From assembly GCF_036321535.1 (NCBI RefSeq), contig NC_087436.1, positions 9,734,001 through 9,798,000 of the forward strand: a stretch of DNA of 64,000 nucleotides, in the 5' to 3' direction. This document shows positions 1 to 18,304 of the stretch, piece by piece. Made by a program: the position numbers and the translations under genes. The notes beneath the pieces are model-generated. The model was not told where the DNA came from, did not search any database, and saw nothing but the letters and a program-made list of their open reading frames with translations. The stretch's first letter is position 1. The number at the start of each line of letters is the position of its first letter. The stretch comes from Camelus dromedarius. Its lineage: Eukaryota.

Positions 1-1615
1 CCACTTCCCTGTCACTGACCCTGACGTGTGCTTCGGGTTGGACCTCTTCTAATCTCATTCCTCTCCGGGCAGGCATTTCTCTGACAGGTTCTTTCAAGAG
101 GACCTGGTTCCAGCCATTCTGTGTCGTGTCACTTGACTCAGACAAACTCCTAGATGTTGGACTGATCTGTGAAAACATAGGAGGACCCCTCTGTTCCTTC
201 TGCCGTCATCCAGCCAGCAGCCGCCTTCAGAACTCACCAGGTGAGGAGCGGACACCGGGCTTCCAACCTCAGGAAAATGTATCAGTTTCCTTCTGCTAAG
301 AACCCTCTTTGCAGCGGGAGTAGCTGCAACGGGCAGGCCACCTTGTCTCTGCTGCTTGTCAGACTCCACCCAAAGAGGGAGATGCTGGCCAGGCCCCTCG
401 TCACAGAAAACGCCCATCTCCCAGGTGGTCCTCTTGCTGCCACGACCTGAAGTGGGGCAGGTGGAACGCCTCCCTGTCCCTCTCCAAAGGGAAGGGAAGG
501 AACCATCACCATAGTGTTTCTGCGCAAATGAGTTCCCTTTAAAGACTCTCCAGAGTGAAACTCCAGCCTTCTCTGATATGAGCTGGAGATTCAAGTTGGG
601 GGTTAGTAGTATAGGGACCATTTTGGCAGACTCTTGGCAAACCAGGTGAGACCTACCTGCACAGATGGGTCCAGCATCTCTCTGCAGAATGTGAATGTCC
701 TCCGTCCTTTCCACCACCATGATCTTGGACTTCTATGTTTTAGCCAAAGTTATAAGATGGGAAGTGCTATTTCAGATCCTGTTTAAATATGAGTTAAAAC
801 ACTATCATACATTATTCTAACAAAAAACACAGCTATAGTGTGGCACTAACTTGTATGTTTCTTATTCTGATTGAAAAGCTGAAGTTCTTTTCATATGTTT
901 AAGGACCATATATTTATCTTTTCCCATGGTCTGTCTGTTCATGGTTTTTGTCCATTTGTTGATTGGGTTTATAGTCTGTTCCTTCTTGAGTTTTAATCCT
1001 CAATATTTAGAGATTAGCCCTCTATCTGTGATATAAGTTGTAAATTACAAATATCTTTTCCATTTTATGATTTTCTTTTTATTTTGCCTGTGATTTTGTT
1101 TTGCTTTGTTTAACTGTTGTCACTAACAAATGCTTTTCTTATTTTATATAGTTGAATTTATCAACTTTTTCTTTTATTGCTCTTATATTTTAGGTCATAG
1201 TTTGAAAGGCATTCCACATATTTAAGTTAGTACAGAGTTTATTTTGGTGTGTGGTGTGAGTTATAGATCCAATTTCCACCTTTTCTCCAAATGGCTACTG
1301 GTTATATTAACACCATTTATTTACAAGTCTATTTTCCTGAGAGATTTGAAATACTTCCTTTATCATAAACTAAATGTCCATGAGTACCTAAGTCAACTTT
1401 CGATTTTCTAGTCTCCTCTATTAATCTATTTAAGTTCATTCAACACTGCTTTAATTATAGAAGATTTTCAAATGTTTTAATAGCTGGTCTTGGCTATTTC
1501 TGTATGTTTGATTTCCCATATGAACTTTAAAATCAACTTGCCTAAAGCCAGAAAAAAATTAACTTGTTGGTTACAGATATATAACCAACACGTTAATCTA
1601 CATTAGAATTTTTAC

Positions 1616-2030
1616 TTTTTTTTTTTTTTAAGTACTGTCAGTTACAATGTGTCAATTTCTGGCGTACAGCGCAATGTCCCAGTCATGCATATACATACAT
1701 ATATTCATTTTCATATTTTTTTCATTAAAGGTCGTTACAAAATATTGAACATAGTTCCCTGTGCTATACAGCAGAAACTTTTTTTAAATCTATTTTTATA
1801 TATAATGGCTAACATTTGTAAATCTCAAATTCCCTAAGTGAAGTAAGCCAGAAAGAGAAAGAAAAATACAATATAACTCAGATGTAGAATCTAAATGAAA
1901 AAAGAAAAAAAAAGAAAAAAAAGGAAACTATGAATTAACCTACAAAACAGAAACAGACCCAGACATAGTAAACAATCTTATGGTTACTGGGGAAAGGCGG
2001 TGGGAAGGGATAAATTTGAGAGTTTGAGAT
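1616..2030 (-). mobile_element. Short camelid-type L1 3' end with inverted 5' portion
   Basis: Poly(T) 1616-1629, antisense L1 3' end to 1834, then sense-strand upstream L1 segment 1834-2030; both parts match the + strand copy at about 37135-37510. Confidence 0.85.
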
Positions 2031-2768
2031 ACACATTTTTTAAAATATACTTTTCTGTCTTTCATGTGTGTTGTAAAGTACTCCTTGAGCAGGTTTTGCT
2101 ACTGTTATTTGAGTGTATTCCTAAGTGTTTTGCCCTTCTGTCATTATTGTGAATGCAATCTGCGTTTCCATTATGTATTTTAACTGGTTTTTATTAATAC
2201 TTATGAAAACTATTGCATTTTCTGTGTTACTTTTATATCTCGCTCCCTTACTGCATTCTTTTATTGTTTGTATAAGCTTTAACATTGACCTTGTTGAGTT
2301 TTTCAGGTATAGCATCACGTTATTTACAAATATAGGTACTTTCACTTCTTCTATTTCAATTCTCAAACATGTTAGTGTTGTTTCTTTTCATGTTGCACTG
2401 ACCAATACCTCCAATATAATGGCAAAGAGTAATAGAGAAAGTAGATATTCCTCCTTATGCATCACTTTAAAAGAAGTGTCTCTTTTTTTCCCCATTGGTT
2501 TAGCTTTGAGACTGAAGCATATCACAGTAAGAATTATCCATCAGTTCCTGTAAATGAGTGGATTATCAGGAATGGGGATTGAATCTTGTTGAAGTGTTTT
2601 TCAGACACTGTGGAGATGATCATATGATTTTTCTCCTTAGATGTCTTAACAGGATGAATTGTATTAATGAAATTCTTAATATTGAATTACTCTTAAATTC
2701 CTGCAATAAACCCTACTTAATTGTGATATATATTTTTTAAAAAATATGCTGATGGATATGCTGCTAAT

Positions 2769-3050
2769 TGTATGTGCCAGAGTTCAACCAGAGAAGGAGA
2801 TGTGTGTGTGTAGAAACATACACACACGCAAATATATATATATACTTATGCATTCATATATCCATCTACTTAGATAGAGACGGGTGAGAAGATGGATGAG
2901 TATATAGATAGAGAGACAGACTTGTTACAAGAGTTGACTTCTACACTTATGGGGGTTTGACTTAGCAAGTCTGCTGTACAGCACAGCCAGTCAGAAAGGC
3001 GAACTCCTAACCCAGCTGGCAGGCTGGACCCTCACATTACTGTTCTAGGG
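2769..3050. mobile_element. ERVL/MaLR-type LTR fragment (MLT-like)
   Basis: 'tgtatgtgccagagttcaaccagagaa...gagagacagacttgttacaagagttgactt...agcaagtctg' resembles the MLT LTR terminus. Confidence 0.5.
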
Positions 3051-4671
3051 GCAGCATTTATACAAATAACTCTGCTCAATGTTCACAGTATTTGTTTCCT
3101 TGCTTGGTCTCCTCTTATCCCCTGACTCCCACCTATTATCTGCCGAGCCATGTGAATCTGTCCTACTCTCCCCTTTCTCTTGTTTCTCCTTCCAGTTTCT
3201 TCATTGTTTCATTCATAATATTTGCATACTATTTTCCAACTGTATCCCTACCTTCTTTTTAATCTTAGATATACTATTAAAAATATTCAGTTTTCCAGGG
3301 CCAATTTTCCCAATTATTTTAGGGGGGGAGATTAATGAAGCTTGTCCTTTAATAGATTCCTCAGAAAAGGCTTATATATGCAGCAGTCCTTACGTTTTAT
3401 TCACATACTTGCAGCTTACATTACTTTTCTATAGTCTTGAAACATCAAAACCCTTAGCTCATACTTATTTTCTTTAGATTTCTGGAAAATTTTGCTCCAC
3501 TGTTGCCTTGCATTGTATGTTGCTAACAAGAAGTTTGAGCCAAACTTTTTTCCCCTACTCTGGAAGAAATCTGGTATTTTTTTTTTTTTCTTGGATGCTC
3601 AGAGGATACTAATGCATTTTTATCTTCAGAAATAGTTAAAGGTAAAATAAATTATATCCTATCTGGGGCTCATTTGTAAATGTCACAAAGGATAAATTCT
3701 GTTTGATTTCTCAGTGAGCAGTCTTCCATGCATTTATTTAGATTCTTAAAATGTTATTAATTATGCATCATTAAAAATCAATTGAGAGTGCTAACATATT
3801 TTCACTTGCATTGTTAAGTTTGATTTTTTTTATCTTAATACTACTCTGATATGGCTATTTGTTTAAGTTGGTAACTACCTATTCCTTTGAGGTTCTATAT
3901 CCTTTAATTAAAATTAAACTGAGAGCTGAATGGCTTTCACCGCCAAATAGAGTTTTTATCTCATCCTAAAGAATGGCTGGAAGTCATTATGCTTGGAATA
4001 TAATTACTTTTAAATGAATAAGATTCCATCAGTCAGCTGTGACTGGGAGCCTTGAAGTAACCATATAATGAAACTTCCAGCCTTTTTCAAAAACATGAAA
4101 AGTTCCAAGAGATTAGCCTGAATTTTTTTCCTCTTTTAATTATTTCCATTTATGAGTAAGGGACTGGCAAGATGTAAAGGAAATTGTTTATTTTAAGAGT
4201 AAATCAAAGTAAAGCCCTCTTACTTATTGAACTAAGCTTTGAGGCAAAATAAGCTACTATCTGGTCATTGCCAAAGGAAGCACAGGGGACAAATAATAAA
4301 TCTTGAAATTAAGAAGGTTTTGAGGCATTTGATTAATAGAGTCTTTTAAGCACAGTAAAAAAAAAAAAAGTATGCAGCTTGCATGAGTATTCACATATAC
4401 CATCAGTAGATAAGATGAGAGCTATTTAAAGAAGCTATTAGTAGGAAGAATCGCTTATCTTCAAGAAAGTAGTGCTTTAAACTGATTAATGTGAATGCTA
4501 CCCTAATATATTTTTTCCAAATTTTGAATTCAAGAGAGTTTGGTAGATAAGGACGCATTATCTCTCATTCATTAACTTCAGCAAACAGAACTACAACAGA
4601 CATTGCTCAGATCTTAAACTAACAAGTCACTTTAGCAACACTCTGCAATCCACACAGTGACAACACTTGAA

Positions 4672-4787
4672 GGGGGAAGGGTATAGCTCAAGTGGTAGAG
4701 CACGTGCTTAGCATGCACGAGGTCCTGGCTTCAATCTCCATACCTCCCCTAAAAAATAAATAAGTAAACTTAATTATCTACCACCTA

Positions 4788-4825
<38 letters not shown>

Positions 4826-4827
4826 TT
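4672..4827 (+). mobile_element. tRNA-Ala(AGC)-derived SINE (vic-1-type) with (CA)n tail
   Basis: GGGTATAGCTCAAGTGGTAGAGCACGTGCTTAGCATGCACGAGGTCCTGG head and A-rich tail; TSD acaacacttgaa (4660-4671) / acaatacctgaa (4828-4839). Confidence 0.9.
4793..4823. repeat. (CA)n microsatellite
   Basis: Visible perfect CA run. Confidence 0.95.
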
Positions 4828-4844
4828 ACAATACCTGAACAAAA

Positions 4845-10230
<5,386 letters not shown>

Positions 10231-10576
10231 GGCAAAAGGAGACATAACTTGAAAAATGTTCGCAGGTTTGGTAGTCCTGCTGAACAGAAGGCTGCAGGGA
10301 AAAAAAAATTAATTAACTGCTAAACCTTATACAGAAAAGGATTATGTGATAGAGCAGACTCTTTTTGCTGAGAAACTGGGATTGGTTTATTTTACAAGGA
10401 CGTTGGCAAACAAAACTATGTAGTGCCAATGGTGTCCAAAATCGCTGACTTTAGTCATTTAGAGGGTAGTTTCTTGCAGTAAGTTATCTCCTGAAATGCA
10501 AAAAGGAAGCAGGATTTTGTAACCAGCGCTGTTTTCCAGGAGCACAGGATCCAGGTGAAGCTTAACCTTGTCAACA
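10231..10576 (-). mobile_element. Truncated ERV-type LTR (5' part, old eutherian MER/LTR family)
   Basis: Minus strand begins TGTTGACAAGGTTAAGCTTCACCTGGATCCTGTGCTCCTGGAAAACAG, resembling an old eutherian LTR 5' terminus; family not assigned. Confidence 0.6.
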
Positions 10577-10779
10577 GAAATTTGCATCTATTTAATTAGA
10601 AATATCTCCAGTTCATCAGCTTGGGTTCTTTTCTCCATTTCCTTTGTGTCTACTAAACATCTCTTTAGTTATCTTCCCTCACCTTCATAAATATCTCCCT
10701 TTCTAATGAATTGCCTCCCTAAACTCACAATCATGGCTAGGTATACCCAGTTTGAAAACATATCAAGAAGAACGAACAA

Positions 10780-11370
10780 CCTCTTCATCGCTCTCTCGCT
10801 CTTTGGCTCCTTGGCTGCATCCACACTTTTCCTCTCGCCTAACCATACAGGCTACCTGTGCTCCTTCAGCTCATCCTTAATCTCCAACACACTACAACAT
10901 GGAGCTCATCCTTCCTCTGTGAAATCACTAATGATCTCAATGTTACCACTTCCAGTAGAGATTTTTTTTTTTATTTTCTCAGCTTTCTGTATCCCCCAGC
11001 AGGATTGGACTCAGGTAAATACTCCTTCCTCTTTGAAATATTCTGTATCTTACCTTCCAATACAGCACACTTTAATGTATTTTATCCAGCCTTACTGGAA
11101 GCTTGTTTTTATTCTTCACCATCGACTCTTTTCCTACACAACTTCCATGTTAGTTATGGAATCTTCAGGAACTGTTTAGACCCTCTTGCATTCCCATCCT
11201 AATTGCCCCCTCAGTGACTTCCTCCATTCCCAGGGCTTTAAATGCTACTTGTATCCTATTGATTTCAAAAGTTTTACATTCCACCCAGATGGCTTCCAAG
11301 AGCCCTAGACTCATAGACACAACTTGCGAGTTGACATCTCTATTGGGATCTCCGATGTTAAGAGAACTTC
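10780..11370 (+). mobile_element. L2 LINE ORF2 remnant
   Basis: 'ccattcccagggctttaaatgctacttgtat...ctagactcatagacacaacttgc...gacatctctattgggat' resembles L2 RT-region phrasing. Confidence 0.65.
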
Positions 11371-13224
11371 CTAAACCTATGTGACCCAGTTCTGCTGCTA
11401 CTGCTGCAGATCATGCCACTGCTCTAGGAGCTTCCAGGTGCCCTACCACTGTGACCCATAACCTCAGAAGATGGCTTTTGAAAGCATTCTAATGTTTAAT
11501 TTATAAAAATACTGCCCTTGCCAATAAGTGGAAGAATATGAGAGGACTCCCAGCAACTACTGTCTTAATTCCTAGTTGAAAGAAATGTGTTGCTCTGCTT
11601 GAGGATGCCTGATTAAATTGATGGAGTTCCTACGTGCGTGGCAGTCAAAATGAATTCTATAACTCAATTTTCCAAAGTATAAAAATGTTTTTCTTCAGAA
11701 AGCACTTGTTGAAATTGGGAGAAAGGTAGGCATGCATTCAGCCAACAACGTTTGCATGGAGTTGTAAGCAAATTTTCAAAAAAGATGACGAAGCAATAAT
11801 AAAAATGTCCAAAGTAGAACACTAGAAAGTCAACTCTTTCTGAAAGTGTTGCATAAATCAACATGATCTTTGTAATTCAGAAAATGACCAATTCATATCT
11901 GTGGTTTGGAAGTTTGTGTTCAGCAAAACCAGGAATTCACACACTTGGGGAATATCGGTGGTTTTTCTGTTCCTCACTGGTGTTCATATTCACCCCCGGC
12001 TTTGTTTCCGGCTGTTGGTTTATTCTTGCTGTCCTTTCATCTTTCTTTTAGTTCAGGAATCAAAGTTGGTCCAGTGTTCCCACTTCTTCCCAGTTTTGTG
12101 TAAATTTCTGCTATTGTAGGTTTTACGTTAACAAACTTATAACCTTTACCCTTTTTAAACAGTAAGCAATAGCTGTCTCAAATTGTTAAGGTTAAATAGC
12201 ACAGGTCACTTTGAAGCCTAGCATCCAATTAGAGCTGTTTCAGAGACCAGATATGAGCATCCCTGAGGCTTGACAATGACAATGCCTTGAAAGCTACCAC
12301 TTTATTGATTAGGCAGTCAGACCCTTTCATTACCTGCTCTTATACCCTTTTTGAAACTAGTCCCCGTTGAATATGGCTGGATGACACAGTCTTGATCTCA
12401 TTACTGGTACCCACAGAAACTTTGAAAATTCTAAGCACTTTTCCAGCCCCGAGGCTCACATTGCATAAGGAATCCTCCCCAAACTGGACTTAGACATTGT
12501 TTCACTCTGTAATTATTTATATAATGTTTCTCTGCTTCAAGAATAAAATTTAAACCCATTAAAGCCTGGTCCAGAAGGCTCTCTACTTTTCAGTCTTGTC
12601 TTCCACTATTTTGTTACATAAACCTTTGCTCCCACAGGCTCTCCAAACCGTCCCTCCTTCTTTTTCTTAATTAGGACGTGCTGTTCAGTGATACTCAGTG
12701 TCCCTTGAAAAATAAAGCATGTTGTTAGTGGTTTATTAATCCAGGTCTTCCTTTTCATTGTTGCCTCTGGAATACAAATTAAATACGCCCTTCACTCTTA
12801 GTAACCCAAACCATAGCATCAGAATAATCATCCACTAATTGGATAAACCTAAGAAAACAGAAGTATTGCTTCTTCTTCAATTTTTGATTAGCCCCAAATA
12901 TAAACCATGCTCTCTGAAGTCTATGAATTAATGTCTCCTACACATCATTCCCAAAGAAACATTTACTCTCCTTTCATAGTGCTTGTCCTTCTGAAGGCAG
13001 TGAGCTCTGTCTCCAGCAAAAGCAGAATATGTAACTCACATAAGAGCTTTGTAAATGTTTGTGGAACAAATAAATGAAAGAATGAGCATTGTTATTTACT
13101 GTTGCAAGTAACTAATGGAAAAACTAGAATTTACTGGAATGACGTCAAATATTTATAAGGTCCAGGGGAAGAGATGACAAGTCCTGGGGACAGAATGGAA
13201 CTGTAACTGCTCAGGAAGTCTTTA

Positions 13225-13776
13225 TGTTAGAGAGTTAGATAAGTGGGGACACCAGGCAGACAGGTGGAGGAGAGGAAGGATGGTCCAGAAGATGGAGTTT
13301 TGCCTGCCTCCCGCATAAAGAGGCTTTACTTCCTCTAAATGAGCGCCAGCAAGAAACCAGTTAGAACCTGACAGCCGCAACTGTGTGGTAGCGACAAGGA
13401 CCTAACTGGATATGATCCAGTGCTCATTATAATGTAAATAGCATTGTGGTTTAGGCCCCCCCATGGATTTTTCTGTGTGCATCATGGGTAAGGACATGCA
13501 CAAAAGAGGACGAGCATGACTGAGCCTTCGAGGTGCTAGAGCTGTCAGTCATTTCAGAGACCACCTCCAAGAGAGGGTAGAGGAGAAGGGGGCAAACAAA
13601 GACCATCGGTACACACCCTCAGATCAGCCCGCCTCCCGTTCTTGGAGGGGTACTTTCCCTTTGCTAATAAAACCTTTAAAATCTTTCACAACACAACGCT
13701 TCATCTCCTGTCTGAATTCTTCTCTTTTGGGTAAGACAAGAACTGGGGTCTTTTCCCTTCCCCTTTTGGGGTAAAG
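13225..13776 (+). mobile_element. ERV1-class solo LTR (MER41-like), copy 1
   Basis: TGTTAG start, AATAAA 13666-13671, 4-bp TSD TTTA/TTTA; clearly similar to 40162-40709 and 62281-62825. Confidence 0.9.
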
Positions 13777-14336
13777 TTTATACTTCATTTTTCTTTGTCT
13801 CTAAGTCTTCCTCTCCTCTCCTTTCTCTGTCTCTCCCTCTCCCTCTGATCCAGCTTCTCTGTTTATCTCATCCATATGACATGACCCCACATCTCTCCAA
13901 CTGCTTTTTGCAATTCATATTCACAAATATAAAAACTGATCGGTTTACCCCATTTACCCCATCCCAGAAATAACTACAACCAAAGGACCAGATGCACATA
14001 ATATAAATATAGTTAAAATCATGCAGATGGAGGAGGAAGAGAGTTAAATTCTAAAAACAGGTAGTAGGCACACAATGAAATAGGTATCTAAGAACAGTGT
14101 AGTATACAATCAATGACATCAATGAGTTATTAGAGGAAATAACTGAACAATTTTTTACTTAGACTTCATAATATTGATTCATAGACAATTTCTTGGGAAA
14201 TTCTAGAAATTGTTGACTTTCCATTTTTCAAGTATGCTTTGAATATTCTAATGATCTTGTCAAATATAGTCCTCATTCCCCCTTAATCCCTCCAATCTGC
14301 CCTTGCAATTACAAAGAACCTTCAGGTCCATGATAC

Positions 14337-14575
14337 TGTTACCAAACCAAACTTGGGTCCGTTCACCTGTGCGCAGGAAAGCCAACCTACTGAGATGGAG
14401 TCGTGGTGACGGAAAGTGTAAGGTGCCAGACAAGGAGTCCAGGACAACTGGTGCTGAGAAAGTCCAAACTCTCTGATGGGTTTCAGCAAAGGACTTTTAA
14501 AGGCCAGGAGAGGGAGGGGGGTTCCAGGGTATGTGTCAGCTCATGCACAATTCTCTGATTGGTTGATGGTGAGGT
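14337..14575 (-). mobile_element. ERV1-type LTR 3' fragment, related to LTR at 34655-35118
   Basis: Begins tgttacc (reverse of ...GGTAACA); reverse complement 'catcaaccaatcagagaattgtgcatgagctga' matches 'catcaaccagtcagaggactgtgcacaagctga' near 34880. Confidence 0.8.
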
Positions 14576-14639
14576 TTCTGAGCTGGGCTTCAGAAACACC
14601 GAGACAAGCAATCACCCCCAGAACAACGGCTGTTGAAGG

Positions 14640-14850
14640 CTTGCTTTGTACTAGACCCTTTTCTCTTCATCACCTTATATAATTCTCACAAACATGTAGT
14701 TTAAATAGTTTTAGCTCCATTTTGCAGATGAAGACATTAAAGCCCTCAAAGATTAACAAATTGTCTACAGTCATCTAGGTGGTAAAACTGAGAGCTAAGA
14801 TTTGAACCCAAATTTCCTAACCTCAACTTCTATGGTTTCTTCACCCTACC
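14640..14850 (-). mobile_element. MIR SINE
   Basis: Core 'ctccattttgcagatgaagacatt' and 'agatttgaacccaaattt'. Confidence 0.75.
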
Positions 14851-15339
14851 ATTTGGTTTCCCCACCAAAATCCAGGAAAGTGAGGCAACAACATTTATGT
14901 CCAATTTCCTTAAAGAAATACGAAAAGTGTGACAATGTTCTCATTCACTCATGCCAATGGCCAAGTGATCCTACGATTTCTGCTCTCGTGTTTGTGGCCA
15001 TTTCTCTCCGCAACTGGCTCCACGGTTTTTAATCCATCCTACACTCATGGAGTTAATCCAATAGCATGGAAATAATATGTCCAGTCTTAAGAGATATATT
15101 AAGACGGAAGTAATCAGTGTTGCCTCATCAATGCAAGTTAAGACAAGCTAGCTGCACGTCTATCTCTGAAAACAACAGATAAACAAGAGATGTTAATAGA
15201 TTTTTTTTAAAGATGAGTTTAAATTAGAATATTCTATGTAAGCATACTGCAATATGGATAAGTTTAAATGTGTTCTTAGCCCAGAATATATTGAAACAAA
15301 CCCGACCGGACAGATTTTGTATTGTTTATATAGCACCTC

Positions 15340-16086
15340 ATTTGCATGGCATTTCTGAAAACAAGACTATTTGAGATGAGTCAGCAGTGGGAAGTAAAAA
15401 CCCCGATCTGTGAACATTGTTATCAAATACGTTCATAAAGGGAATAGTGGATTCAAAGAATATTACTTTTGAGACAAGCTCATGTTAGAGACAGAGCTCA
15501 GAAATGCAATTTTTAAAAATTGAAAAAGAATCAACTATATAAATATATTTAAAAAAAAAAAAAAAGCTAGTGCTCCTTTTGGTATACATCTTTCATTTGC
15601 TTCTGACAGCAGTGGCCGGCACTGAAATCCCAGAATCTCCCATGAAAAATGCATAAGAAACAACACTAGCACGTCAAAAAATCCCCCGCTCCAGGTTACC
15701 ATTTTATCTGTTAGGTGGAGGAGAGAGAAATCTCCATTTTCCAGTTCAGTGGGCTAGTTGAACTGCCTCCTTGCTGAAGTGTGTGCACACACGCGGGTCT
15801 ATATCCACGCACACCCACCTCGCATGCACAGGAGCAACAAGCACGACTTTTTCAAGCTATGAAATTCAAACCCAATTTGTGAGCTATTAACAATAATGTC
15901 CAGTGACTCACTGGATACGAGATGAGATTTGTGTAAGTTCAAATAGAGCAACATCATTACCCGAAGGGAAGATGTCACCCTGGATATATTGCATTTACTT
16001 AAGTATATTGTCTTGACAATAATTTGCATGTGTTTGCTTATCTAAGAAGTAATTAGTAGCTAATTACTTAATTAACTAAGTAATTA
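15340..16086. promoter_or_regulatory. Candidate enhancer (octamer, ARE/AP-1, SOX and homeodomain motifs)
   Basis: ATTTGCAT at 15340 and 16022, ATGAGTCAGCA at 15376, TGACTCA at 15904, ATTGT/ACAAT at 16007-16020 and clustered TAATTA in apparently repeat-free DNA. Motif evidence only. Confidence 0.4.
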
Positions 16087-18304
16087 ATAAATAACTCTGC
16101 ATCCAAAATGAGGCGGGAACACCAGCCTCTGAGAGATGCTCTGTGCCTCAAGCACTGAAGGACAAGTGTCACCCGCGTGACCTCAAGCCCTCCCACTTCC
16201 TGGATACCTTCTTCTTTTAATAATGAAGTACTTTAATGCTTCTTCATCCTGAGTACACTGAGAAGGGTGTCACTGCCCCAGTTATCTCTATAGTTCTTCA
16301 AGGAGGGGTTTTAGTTCTCTTTGTCATCTTAATGCCCATACGTAAATTCCAGTGATTCCCAAGTGGTTGGATCCCCACGACCTCACCTCCCACCGTGTCT
16401 CTCTTCTCTCCCTGTCCCATTGCTCTCTAGGTGGGTCTCATCCTTCATTCCTTCCCTCAGACCTCCATTAGAATCCTTTTGGTGTCCTCAACTTTGACTC
16501 AAGGCTTTGGCAAGAATGATGGGACATTAGCAGAATACATAGAAGAAAACCATGTTAAATTCGTCACTAGATGTCAGCCTCATTAATGGCATTGGTCCAT
16601 CACTGCCATAGAGATCTTCCTACCAGCTGCTCTTCTTCCAAGCTCAGTTGTTTGCTTTGTGTGTGTGTGTGTTTTTATCTTCTCTAATCAAGACTTTCTC
16701 CCCATCACATCCTCTTCATATTGTCCAGCAAAGAGCTTACAACTCAAAATTTCTGTTATTTTATTAAGCAATTAAGGGGAAGAAGTTAGTTCTCTCAACA
16801 ACTGCATGTGTTTTCCCTCCCTCGGTCTGCAAGGGTCAGATCTGCCATCAAAAATGATAACTTCTGCTGTTTTCTTTCATATTTTGATAAACACTGAAGG
16901 AGCTGGAACTGTTAAACCATCTTGGGGAAAACCTCAGAACTAGCTTCTTTGGTGTGCCGGAATCTCTTCCTGCTTTCTAGACAAGAGTAGTAATCAACCA
17001 TTTTGTATAGTTGTTTTCAGTTTTCATTGCCACAAACAAGCACTGTAATTACAGCTATTAGAATAAAATCTCTTAACTATTAAAAAAAGGGGGTAATTAA
17101 GAGATTTCCCTACATAAAAGGTCTGTCACCTATGATCTCCAACTTAAGACATGTACACAAACAGAAATTTGAAACTGAAGTTTCCCTTACACATAAGATA
17201 AAATCCATGGACAATGAACTGCCCCACAGATAGCCTCTGAAAGTATAAAGGACACTTTGGGAAATTAACTCTCTGTGTACAGAGGAAATCTGAATGATGA
17301 TTGGTTGGTTGATGATGTCTTCCCATTTTACACAAGATTAAATTATGGACATTAGCCCTCTTGATTCCAAACTGAGACTCCAGAAGAAGTCCAATGTAAA
17401 ATATTTTGGAGTTTGATTTACAACAAAAACACATGGAAGGCATCGGTTTGTTTTGAGGGAGGACTTCTACCTGACTTTCCCATGGTTCCCTCAAATCGCC
17501 CCCTTTCCACACATACTTTCCCCATCCCAAGGCTGGTCTCAGGGATACTGGCATGATGCTGTGTGAAGCCGGTAAGGGATCCTCCCCAAATCAGTCAGGG
17601 AGGCTGACGCCAGCAAGTTCAAGAATAGCAGTCCTTTCTGATTGGTTCTCAGGTTCACCCACACATAGCCTTCAAAATTTTTTTTCAAGAACCTGCCTTC
17701 TTTTTCTTTAGCAGTAAAAAAACCTCCCAAATTCCTTTATCTTTATTTTATAATTTAGAGCAGTGCTAGAGAAAATGGAGCAAATGAGAACAAAGTATCT
17801 CTTTCTGTCCTTGTCATCACTTCTTGTGAAGTTGCACATGCCAGGGAGGACTCTGCAATCTGTTGGGACCATTCCAGGCTGGGGCCAAAACGGATTCATA
17901 TTAGATTCTACCTCCCAGCCTAGTGATATGAAAGTGCACCGTAGGAAAGGGTCCTGCACACCCTCCTCCTGCAGAGCCATGGGTGCATTTCCCTTCATAA
18001 GGTCAAGTGCAGAGACTCCAAGTCCAAATCTCCTCTTTCTCTCCATCTTAACGAACATCACATGGGCCTTTGAAATGTTTATGTTTGGATCTCCGCCTTA
18101 GCTCCTTTGGTCAGTCTTCTCTACTTACATATTTCTTTGTTACCTTTTCACCAATTGATGTGTTCTTTTCACTGTTCTCTTGCAATTGCTGACATGGAAA
18201 ACAAAAGATGTGGGACTTAAGTCACTAACTTTACAAATTCAAAGGTTATTTTGGTTGCTATTATACTGGAGAATTGAATTTGTAGTTTAGTCTAGACTCC
18301 AGTA

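Larger units (their letters stand above)
760..3620 (-). mobile_element. Ancient, fragmented L1 (L1ME-like); ORF2 3' region to ORF1 remnants, interrupted by younger insertions
   Basis: T-rich antisense L1 phrases such as 'gttcttttcatatgtttaaggaccatat', 'caacactgctttaattatag', 'gaatggggattgaatcttgttgaagtgtttttc' and ORF1-like 'gttgctaacaagaagtttgagccaa'. Confidence 0.7.

Noticed and set aside
94..720. 208-aa minus-strand ORF, the longest in the window
   Set aside because: No recognisable domain; GC-richer, CpG-poor DNA that may be a decayed L1 5'UTR. A chance ORF is plausible.
4672..4748. tRNA-Ala(AGC) genes (also 30290, 30644, 44746)
   Set aside because: Extra G-rich leader, substitutions in stems, A-rich tails and TSDs mark them as SINEs.
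10706..11202. 157-aa and 114-aa ORFs
   Set aside because: Overlap decayed L2; no coherent protein signature.
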